A DNA stretch of 10,307 nucleotides from positions 222,207-232,513 of the forward strand of contig JBNLCO010000010.1 in the NCBI GenBank assembly GCA_050303855.1, given 5' to 3'. Within the stretch, counting starts at the first letter, position 1; the number at the start of each line of letters is the position of its first letter. The notes beneath the pieces are model-generated. The model did no database searches, was not told the DNA's origin, and worked only from the letters and a program-made list of their open reading frames with translations. This DNA is from Candidatus Pacearchaeota archaeon. GTDB lineage: Archaea; Nanobdellota; Nanobdellia; Pacearchaeales; GW2011-AR1. A program made the position numbers and the translations under genes. Below, one piece after another: positions 1 through 6,417 of the stretch.

Positions 1-170
1 ACCATGCAGGACATTCTATTCTTAATCATGTCATCTGTAACGCTTTCGTTCCTTAAATCTGCAAAAGGCACCCTAACTAAGAAAGGCGTATTGTGTCTTT
101 CTGAAAGCTTTACTATTGCAGTTCCTACTGGTAATTTAGAGAAAAATTCTTTCTTATCGTTTAACTGCAT

Positions 171-1370
171 CAAATTGCTTATATCCATTATATCTTGAGG
201 TAGTTGCTGTTGGAATGCTATCTGACATGCAGAATTACCCTTAACTGTATCTGAAAGCTTTGAAATATGCTGATCAAGACAGATTAAACTTATACCGTAT
301 TCTCTCATTTCCCTATAAACCATGTCTGTAACTGATTCTGAAAGGAAATTAGTCTTATTCTTAAGGAAGATATTATGAGCTTCATCTACAAGTATAGCGT
401 AATTGAAACCTTCATCTATTTTGTTTTGCTGTGATTTCTTTAGTTTGTATATATAAGTTAAGATATATTCTGCAAAGAATTTCTTTTCAATATTACCTAA
501 GGAATTCAACTCGAATATTACTTTCTTATCAAATAGATCTTCTACTGAAAGAGATTTCTTTCCATCGTAGTTAATTGCTTTTCCAAATTCTCCAAAAGTA
601 AGTACTGAGGCTATTCTTAATGCACTTTCATACCAAGTAGATTCTCTTCCAGAGGCCTCTCTAGCTTTCATTTCTAACATTCTTTTTACATGTTGCCAGT
701 TAGGATAGTGTTTAGAACCTTTGTAAACACCCCATCCTTCAAAAATTTCATCTAAAGTTTCCAATAATATCTTATGAACACCAAAAGAAACTGCGAAACT
801 CTCTGTTAAAAGATCACACAATACATTAATCCATTCTTTTGGGGCAACTCCTTTTGGAGGCTTATTTATATTCATTTTGAATAGATTGCTTACTGCATCG
901 TTTCCTACTGTGAAAGCCATAACAGAGGGATCAGCTCCAACTAAAGGTCTGAAAGATTTCTTCCAATCAAATACCAAGAAAGGTTTTTCCTTCTTTATGA
1001 AATTGTTAAGAACATTAAAAGCTAAAGTAGTCTTACCAGAACCGGACATACCAGATATACAAACGTGTCTTGGCCAGTCTTTTTCTTGTAATGAGAAGTC
1101 GTAAAGTTCTTTTTCTCCATAAATTACCTTGGATAGAGGGTATTCTCCTGAAACTAAAGCTTCTTTTGGAGGTTCAAGTAAAACTTTTTGATCCAAGAAT
1201 TTTCCTAAGTGTTTTTGGTATAAAGCTGCAAGAACATGAAGTATTTCGTTTTTTTCTTCTAGAGATTCTGAAAGAGTGTATCTAAAGTATAATTCGTCTA
1301 TCTTACTTCCAAGTATAGGTTTAAGCTTGTTGCTTATGTCTTCAATTGTTAGTTTTTGTGTTTGTGTCAT
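171..1370 (-). CDS. HerA/FtsK-superfamily (DUF87/AAA_10-like) P-loop ATPase, 399 aa
   Basis: Not in the supplied ORF track. Hand translation of the minus strand gives ATG at 1370-1368 and TGA at 173-171, with no in-frame stop between (checked triplet by triplet). Walker A GMSGSGKTT at aa107-115 (nt about 1026-1052). Walker B ILVDEAHNIF at aa326-335 (nt about 366-395). C-terminal REMREYGISLICLDQHISKLSD resembles the HerA 'GvgLvliTQrPsel' motif. The roughly 215-aa Walker A-to-B spacing and the DEAH Walker B are typical of the HerA/VirB4 clade rather than classical AAA+. Last gene of a co-directional three-gene cluster. Confidence 0.7.
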
Positions 1371-1415
1371 TTTCTTGTTTGTGTTTGAAGTTTAAGTTAA
1401 AAAAATAAAAAATGT

Positions 1416-1976
1416 TTAACTAAAGATATCCTCCTCAAACCTGATTTTTGCATCTTCGACAGCAGACTCCAATGCTTTTGCTTTGTTATTATATTTCTCT
1501 GCAAAATTTGTATGATAAGAATCGACTTTGTTATGAGTGAATTCTTTTGTAACGTCTTGTGCAACATTTAAACTAAAATCTGCATCCAAATAATCATCTT
1601 GCATTAATGCAATTTCTGTTTTCTTCAGATGCCTTTCAACTATTTTTTCCTTTAAATTTCTAACCTGTAACTTATAGAGATCTTTGTTATCTACTTCGTT
1701 AAAAATTAAGAAACTTTCTGCATCCCAAATTGAATCATTCCAATAAGAGGAGAAATCGTCTCCGTGTTTTACTTTGTCCAAAAAACCTTCAATAATTTGT
1801 TTTTTGTAAAAGTTTGGAGTTTCTTTCTGAGACTCCATTTCCCAATCTTGGAATGACTGTTCTGCACGAGAGTAATCGCCTTTTTCTAAATAAGAAATTC
1901 CTTGATAAAATGCATCTCTTGCTTCAGATGATTCTTTCTCAACAAAACCATATTTTGCTAATTTTGTGTTTTCCAT
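1416..1976 (-). CDS. hypothetical acidic protein (186 aa), operon partner of the HerA-like ATPase
   Basis: ORF in track. Only a 17-nt gap to the upstream gene and a 45-nt gap to the downstream ATPase gene on the same strand. D/E-rich with W/Y-rich segments (YWNDSIWDAESF). No recognisable catalytic motif. Confidence 0.5.
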   Translation of the reverse strand: MENTKLAKYGFVEKESSEARDAFYQGISYLEKGDYSRAEQSFQDWEMESQKETPNFYKKQIIEGFLDKVKHGDDFSSYWNDSIWDAESFLIFNEVDNKDLYKLQVRNLKEKIVERHLKKTEIALMQDDYLDADFSLNVAQDVTKEFTHNKVDSYHTNFAEKYNNKAKALESAVEDAKIRFEEDIFS

Positions 1977-1993
1977 ATTAATTTAACTTCCTT

Positions 1994-2440
1994 TCAATTC
2001 TCCATTAGGATATTGTTTAATTCTATGAATCTAGCTTCTTTTTCAGCGAGTTCTTTCTCGTTTTCTCTAAGTTCTTTCTTAAGTAATGCTATATCTTTCC
2101 AACAATTGATCTTTTCATTAAGCTGGTGTTCTGAGATTTCTACCTTTTTGTTCCTTAGAGAATTCTTTTCTATAATTGGGTCTTTGTCTCCTAAAACTGC
2201 AGGAGAGTTCTCAATATCCAAAAGGAAGTTACTTATCTCTAGCTTTATTTCATCTCCTTCTCTTAGGAAGTTCTGACTAAGAATATTTCTTTCTTGAATC
2301 AACTTCTGGATTTCAGAAATTGTTCTTTTTAGGGAATTAACCTTATCTTGACCTATTGATCCAATAGAGTTGCCACTTGTGAGACTTGATATTTCGGGTC
2401 TTACCGCCTCTTCCGCATGGTATTTCATATTTTCCATCAT
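1994..2440 (-). CDS. hypothetical coiled-coil protein (148 aa), first gene of the minus-strand operon
   Basis: ORF in track. K/E-rich heptad-like sequence (ELRENEKELAEKEARFIELNNILMEN). Palindromic TTTATAAA box at 2459-2466, 19-26 nt upstream of its ATG at 2440, consistent with a leaderless archaeal promoter. Confidence 0.5.
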   Translation of the reverse strand: MMENMKYHAEEAVRPEISSLTSGNSIGSIGQDKVNSLKRTISEIQKLIQERNILSQNFLREGDEIKLEISNFLLDIENSPAVLGDKDPIIEKNSLRNKKVEISEHQLNEKINCWKDIALLKKELRENEKELAEKEARFIELNNILMEN

Positions 2441-2458
2441 TTCATAGTGATAACATAC

Positions 2459-2466
2459 TTTATAAA
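2459..2466 (-). promoter_or_regulatory. palindromic TATA box TTTATAAA for the minus-strand three-gene operon (leaderless)
   Basis: TTTATAAA lies 19-26 nt upstream of the ATG at 2440. The same octamer recurs at 4639-4646 and 4893-4900, at the same distance from other start codons. Confidence 0.4.
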
Positions 2467-2534
2467 TGTTTCTATTTAGTAGTTACTCTATAGTTAGTAC
2501 ATTATCTTAAATAAAACAGGTCTCCTAGTTTAGA

Positions 2535-3296
2535 ATGGGTGAGATTCAAGACAAAGAGATAATTTCAGAGTTATGTGGGGCAATAATTGGCGATGGGTGG
2601 ATCCAATCAAATGAGAGGTGTTTCTTTCTTGCAGGAGATCCTACAGAAGATAGAGATTACTATGATTCCCACATTCCAGAAATATTTAGAAAGGTTTTGA
2701 TAACTGTGACTCCAAAAGAATTCCCCTACTGGAGTGTCTATGGCATTTCAATATATAAGAAAGACATAATTCAGAAATTACTTTCTTGGAATATCCCCAA
2801 GGGCAAAAAAGTTGACACTGCAAGAATTCCAAACTGGATAAAGAAATCAGAGGATAAAGTTAAGAAAGCGTTCCTTAGAGGATTCTTTGATGCTGATGGA
2901 AGCATCTTCTGTCAAAAAGATTATACCAAATACGCGAAGGAATTTAATTCAAAACATCATGTTAAGGCTAGATTGAGAATAACAAGTATCTCAAGTAATC
3001 TTGTAGATGAAATGAAGGGAATGTGTGAGGAAGTAGGGTTTAAAGTAATAAGAAGGACAATTAAAAGAGGGAGAATAAGTGAACGTAATTGTAAAGATAT
3101 TCACATAATTGAGATAAATCATTTGGAGAGTATAAGGAAATGGTTTGAAGAATTGAAGCCCTCTAACCCCAAACACACTACAAAATATCGGATATGGAAG
3201 AAATTTGGCTTTTGTCCTCCAAAAACGACGCTAATTCAGAGGAAAGAAATACTTAAAAATGAATTAAGCCCTTATTCATTCTATATGCAGGAGTAG
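2535..3296 (+). CDS. double-motif LAGLIDADG homing endonuclease (I-DmoI-like architecture), free-standing
   Basis: Two LAGLIDADG-type motifs about 100 aa apart: ELCGAIIGDGWIQ (aa12-24, nt about 2568-2606) and FLRGFFDADGSIF (aa113-125, nt 2871-2909). Length 253 aa fits single-chain enzymes. A/T box TTAAATAAAA at 2507-2516 lies about 24 nt before the ATG. Stop codon TAG at 3294-3296 lies inside the tRNA-Leu gene. Confidence 0.75.
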   Translation: MGEIQDKEIISELCGAIIGDGWIQSNERCFFLAGDPTEDRDYYDSHIPEIFRKVLITVTPKEFPYWSVYGISIYKKDIIQKLLSWNIPKGKKVDTARIPNWIKKSEDKVKKAFLRGFFDADGSIFCQKDYTKYAKEFNSKHHVKARLRITSISSNLVDEMKGMCEEVGFKVIRRTIKRGRISERNCKDIHIIEINHLESIRKWFEELKPSNPKHTTKYRIWKKFGFCPPKTTLIQRKEILKNELSPYSFYMQE

Positions 3297-3370
3297 CGAA
3301 GTGGTCAAACGCGCAAGACTCAAGATCTTGTCTCTTAGTGAGTTCGAAGGTTCGAATCCTTTCTCCTGCA
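3287..3370 (+). tRNA. tRNA-Leu (anticodon CAA), class II with long variable arm, CCA not encoded
   Basis: Hand-folded cloverleaf. Acceptor GCAGGAG/CTCCTGC plus discriminator A. 3-bp D-stem GCG/CGC with a GG-containing D-loop. Anticodon stem CAAGA/TCTTG with loop CTCAAGA (U33, anticodon CAA, purine 37). Variable arm CTC-TTAGT-GAG. T-arm GGTTCGAATCC. Confidence 0.85.
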
Positions 3371-3466
3371 TAAACTTTATAAAGCCAAGATAATTCGGCA
3401 TTATACGACCTGCGAGTTAATCGCGTTAGCGGGGAAACATTTTTCTCGTTAATTGGATAATATAAA

Positions 3467-3838
3467 ATGATAAAATCAAAAACAAAGATATCGAAGCAAT
3501 TAGAAAGAAAAACTAATCCAGAATTAGTCGAAACAATACTATTAGCTAAGAAGAGTGCTTCTTGGTTAGAAATTGCATCAATCTTGTCAGGATCTAGAAG
3601 AAAGAGAATTAATATTAATCTAAGTGATTTAAGTAAAAGTATTGAAAGTGAGAAAATAGTTCTTATTCCCGGAAAAGTATTGTCTGAAGGAGAAATGGAT
3701 AAAAAAGCAAAGATTGTTGCCTTAAACTTCTCTGAAAAAGCAAAAGAAAAGTTGATAAAAGCTGGATGCGAAGTTTCAAGTATACTAGAGGAAATTAAAT
3801 CAAACCCTGAAGCTAAGGGTATTAAGGTGTTAAAATGA
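3467..3838 (+). CDS. rpl18e: 50S ribosomal protein L18e
   Basis: N-terminal ...KTNPELVETILLAKK..W..IASIL..SRRKRININLSDL pattern typical of archaeal L18e. About 123 aa. Followed by L13 and S9 in the conserved archaeal order. ATGA overlap with the next gene. Confidence 0.85.
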   Translation: MIKSKTKISKQLERKTNPELVETILLAKKSASWLEIASILSGSRRKRININLSDLSKSIESEKIVLIPGKVLSEGEMDKKAKIVALNFSEKAKEKLIKAGCEVSSILEEIKSNPEAKGIKVLK

Positions 3839-4224
3839 AGGTAGTTGATGCAACAAATTATCCAATGGGAAGACTTGCAAGCTTTGTAGCAAAAGAAGCT
3901 TTGAAGGGGGAAGAAGTAAAGGTAATCAATTGTAACAAAGTCTTGATAACTGGAAGTAGAGAATATGTTGAAAAAGAGTTCCAAGTTAGAAGGGGAAGAT
4001 ATGGAAGTTCTCAAAAAGGACCAAGAATTTCAAAATCAAACGAACAAATAGTTAAAAGAACAATAAGAGGTATGCTTCCAAACTTTAGAGAAGGAAAAGG
4101 AAGAGAAGCTTACAAAAGAATAATGTGTTATAATGAAGGTTTAGGTGAAGAAGTTAAAGAGATTGTAACTCTTGGAAAAAGAAAACCAAAGAAATCAATT
4201 AAATTAGAATCAATGAGAAAATGA
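3835..4224 (+). CDS. rpl13: 50S ribosomal protein L13
   Basis: MKVVDATNYPMGRLASFVAKEALKGEEVKVINCNKVLITG matches the conserved L13 N-terminus (IDA..LGRLAS.VAK.LL.GE.V.VVN). Translationally coupled on both sides by ATGA overlaps. Confidence 0.9.
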   Translation: MKVVDATNYPMGRLASFVAKEALKGEEVKVINCNKVLITGSREYVEKEFQVRRGRYGSSQKGPRISKSNEQIVKRTIRGMLPNFREGKGREAYKRIMCYNEGLGEEVKEIVTLGKRKPKKSIKLESMRK

Positions 4225-4619
4225 AAGTAATCACATCAGGAAAAAGAAAGACAGCTATTGCAAGAGCTATACTTGAAGAAGGAACAGGAAAAGTTACAAT
4301 AAATGGTCAAGATTACAAGAAATTACAAGAATTTGATAAGTTGAAATTGGAAGAGCCATTAAGAATAACTGAGAACATATTAGGAAAATTGAATTTCAAT
4401 GTTGCAATAAAAGTTAGAGGCGGTGGAGAAAAATCACAAGTTGAAGCATCAAGACTGGCTTTAGCAAGAGCAATTGTTGAATTTACAAAATCAGAAAAAG
4501 TAGAAGATGCTTTCTGGGATTATGATAGAAATCTTCTTGTTGCTGATGTAAGAAGAAAAGAAGCTTACAAGCCTGGTGATTCCAAAGCTAGAAGTAAGAG
4601 ACAGACATCATATAGATAG
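4221..4619 (+). CDS. rps9: 30S ribosomal protein S9
   Basis: GGGEKSQVEASRLALARAIVEF and C-terminal KPGDSKARSKRQTSYR (S9 ends in ...SYR). T-rich tract follows the stop codon. Confidence 0.9.
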   Translation: MKVITSGKRKTAIARAILEEGTGKVTINGQDYKKLQEFDKLKLEEPLRITENILGKLNFNVAIKVRGGGEKSQVEASRLALARAIVEFTKSEKVEDAFWDYDRNLLVADVRRKEAYKPGDSKARSKRQTSYR

Positions 4620-4632
4620 TTTTGCTTTTAGA
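4620..4632 (+). terminator. oligo-T tract after rps9 (archaeal-type terminator candidate)
   Basis: GTTTTGCTTTTAG immediately after the rps9 stop. Archaeal RNAP terminates at T-runs. Confidence 0.3.
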
Positions 4633-4638
4633 GGTAAT

Positions 4639-4646
4639 TTTATAAA
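4639..4646 (+). promoter_or_regulatory. TATA box TTTATAAA for the TM2-domain gene
   Basis: 22-29 nt upstream of the ATG at 4668. Confidence 0.4.
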
Positions 4647-4667
4647 GATCTTTTTCATATTTATGAT

Positions 4668-4874
4668 ATGAAAGGGGTGAGAAAAGTTAATTGGATAGGT
4701 GCTTTGATTGTTTCTATCTTGGTTGGTAGTCTGGGGGTTGACCGATTTATGATGGGCAAAGTTGGCCTTGGAATTCTTAAACTTATCACTCTCGGTGGAT
4801 TTGGAGTTTGGTGGCTAATAGATGTTATCCTTATAGCTACTAAATATAACTTCAAAGGAATCGAGTGGGCATAA
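4668..4874 (+). CDS. TM2-domain small membrane protein
   Basis: ALIVSILVGSLGVDRFMMGKVGLGILKLITLGGFGVWWLIDVILI matches the TM2 domain pattern (G.lG.hRFY.G....G..qL.T.G.g.giW.liD.i). TTTATAAA at 4639-4646 lies 22-29 nt upstream of the ATG. Confidence 0.7.
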   Translation: MKGVRKVNWIGALIVSILVGSLGVDRFMMGKVGLGILKLITLGGFGVWWLIDVILIATKYNFKGIEWA

Positions 4875-4892
4875 TTAGGATTTCTGCATAAA

Positions 4893-4900
4893 TTTATAAA
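4893..4900 (+). promoter_or_regulatory. TATA box TTTATAAA for the 99-aa membrane protein gene
   Basis: 22-29 nt upstream of the ATG at 4922. Flanked by T-tracts (4905-4919) that could also terminate the upstream transcript. Confidence 0.35.
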
Positions 4901-4921
4901 TTGTTTTTAACATTTTTTTAA

Positions 4922-5221
4922 ATGGTAGTTAAGAAAAAACCAAAAAAAGAAGGTCACGAGAGATCTGAAGCTTTAATGAGAATTGTTGTTGGAATAATTT
5001 CAGGAATAATCTTTTACTTCTGGAGTTATGTAATAATTGCTTTTACAATTTTCAATTTCTTATTTACTTTAATTAAAGGTGAAAGATCTAAAGAAGTTGC
5101 AGGGTTATGTGAAGTTTACAATACTCAAATTTATACATTTTATAGGTATATGACTTTTGTATCAAATAGAAGACCTTTCCCTTTTGATAAATTGGAAAAA
5201 GACATTAGTAAGTTTGAATAA
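4922..5221 (+). CDS. hypothetical small membrane protein (99 aa, lysine-rich N-terminus, about 2 TM helices)
   Basis: ORF in track. Hydrophobic stretch IVVGIISGIIFYFWSYVIIAFTIFNFLFTLI. TTTATAAA at 4893-4900 lies 22-29 nt upstream of the ATG. Family not recognised with confidence. Confidence 0.5.
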   Translation: MVVKKKPKKEGHERSEALMRIVVGIISGIIFYFWSYVIIAFTIFNFLFTLIKGERSKEVAGLCEVYNTQIYTFYRYMTFVSNRRPFPFDKLEKDISKFE

Positions 5222-5277
5222 GATAACATATATTTACATACAATAATCCTTATATAGGATCTTCTTTATGAGTCATC

Positions 5278-5862
5278 ATGGGGTTGAGTTTAGATGATCT
5301 CTCTGAAATAAGTCGGAAATTATTTAAGGAAGCGCAAGAAACAGAAATCAAGGAAGACTATGACCTTGCTTTGAGAATTTTAGACAAAGAAATTAAAACA
5401 ACAAAAGATCTTACAAGCCGTCATTACAACCAAAGAGGCATTTGTCTTTGTGCTCTTGGAGAATATAACAATGCAATTGAGAATTATAGTAATGCTATAG
5501 ATCTTCATAAAGGAGGGTTAGAAGACTCCGCAATACTTTATGCTAATAGGGGAGATGCTCAAGTCAAAAGAAATATGTTAATGAATGCTCTATCTGATTA
5601 TAAAGAAGCAGTAATTAGGGATCCTAAAGCTAGCTATTATTTGTTTAAAATTTCAAAGATAAATAAAAAATTAAATCAAAAAGAAAAAATGAGACAAAAT
5701 TTTGAAGAAGGATTAAGAGTATTTTGTACACAAATAAAGGATAAAGGTCTTAACAAAATATCTGAGGTAAAAAATGAATATCCAAACACATTGGAGATAA
5801 TAAAAGAAATTTCGCAAGAAACAACGGATATAAATGTAGCATTGATGGGGTTATTTGAATAA
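5278..5862 (+). CDS. TPR-repeat protein
   Basis: At least two TPR-like units (YNQRGICLCALGEYNNAIENYSNAIDL; YANRGDAQVKRNMLMNALSDYKEAVIRDPK). TATA-like TTATATA at 5250-5256 lies about 25 nt upstream of the ATG. An in-frame TGA at 5269-5271 excludes the upstream ATG. Confidence 0.65.
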   Translation: MGLSLDDLSEISRKLFKEAQETEIKEDYDLALRILDKEIKTTKDLTSRHYNQRGICLCALGEYNNAIENYSNAIDLHKGGLEDSAILYANRGDAQVKRNMLMNALSDYKEAVIRDPKASYYLFKISKINKKLNQKEKMRQNFEEGLRVFCTQIKDKGLNKISEVKNEYPNTLEIIKEISQETTDINVALMGLFE

Positions 5863-6417
5863 TTATTCAGAAATTTTTCTTCTTTTAGTTAAGGTATCTA
5901 GTTTATCTTGTACTTTATTAAATAATATTGAAGATACAATTGGTTTATGATCTGCTTCATGAATTTGACCATCAAATTTTATCTTTCCTATATAAGCAAA
6001 ATTTCTAAGTATTTTCTTTAAACCATTTACGGAAAGTTGGTGTTTTTTTGATAGTGTGTTTAAGTTCATTCTTGGTTGTAAGAACTCTTCGAATATTTCT
6101 TCTACCTCTTCATAGTTTTGAGCTGGAACTAAAACTCCTGAATCATGATTTCTTTTATACCCAAATGGTGCTCTAGACATGTGTAATCCTTTAGAAGATT
6201 TCTTTATCATCCCAATTTTTTGATTTTCCCCACGGAACTTAGAATATTTTCTTAAAGGTTCAAGATTCTTTTCAAGGATTTTTTCTTCAATATATACATC
6301 TAATTCTTCGGGAGTATTGGGGGAGAAAGTATGGCAAATACTACATAATGTTAGTCCAAACTTACTCTTGTTCTTATCCGAAACATACCCGCATTTTACG
6401 CATTTACTTTCATTCAT
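5863..6417 (-). CDS. zinc-ribbon + serine-recombinase 'recombinase-domain' protein lacking a resolvase catalytic domain
   Basis: N-terminal CxxC...CxxC (CVKCGY...CSICH). Central GLHMSRAPFGYKRNHDSGVLVPAQNYEEVEEIFEEF and ILRNFAYIGKIKF resemble the recombinase domain of large serine recombinases (PPfGYk ... iLtNpaYiG). No N-terminal resolvase catalytic Ser domain. Start overlaps the xerA-like stop by 8 nt, suggesting translational coupling. Confidence 0.6.
   Translation of the reverse strand: MNESKCVKCGYVSDKNKSKFGLTLCSICHTFSPNTPEELDVYIEEKILEKNLEPLRKYSKFRGENQKIGMIKKSSKGLHMSRAPFGYKRNHDSGVLVPAQNYEEVEEIFEEFLQPRMNLNTLSKKHQLSVNGLKKILRNFAYIGKIKFDGQIHEADHKPIVSSILFNKVQDKLDTLTKRRKISE

Noticed and set aside
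877-1285. Two short plus-strand ORFs (877..1104, 1070..1285)
   Set aside because: Antisense to the 399-aa ATPase gene, which has clear Walker motifs.
2013-2276. 87-aa plus-strand ORF inside the 148-aa coiled-coil gene
   Set aside because: S/F-rich low-complexity antisense product. The minus-strand gene fits the operon structure and promoter.
2991-3176. 61-aa minus-strand ORF inside the LAGLIDADG gene
   Set aside because: Antisense to a gene with clear conserved motifs. No independent support.
3253-4014. 253-aa minus-strand ORF overlapping rpl18e/rpl13
   Set aside because: Antisense to strongly supported ribosomal protein genes. Low-complexity S/F/L-rich translation typical of spurious ORFs in AT-rich DNA.
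4661-4855. 64-aa minus-strand ORF opposite the TM2 gene
   Set aside because: Antisense to a gene with a recognisable TM2 domain. Proline/isoleucine-rich spurious translation.
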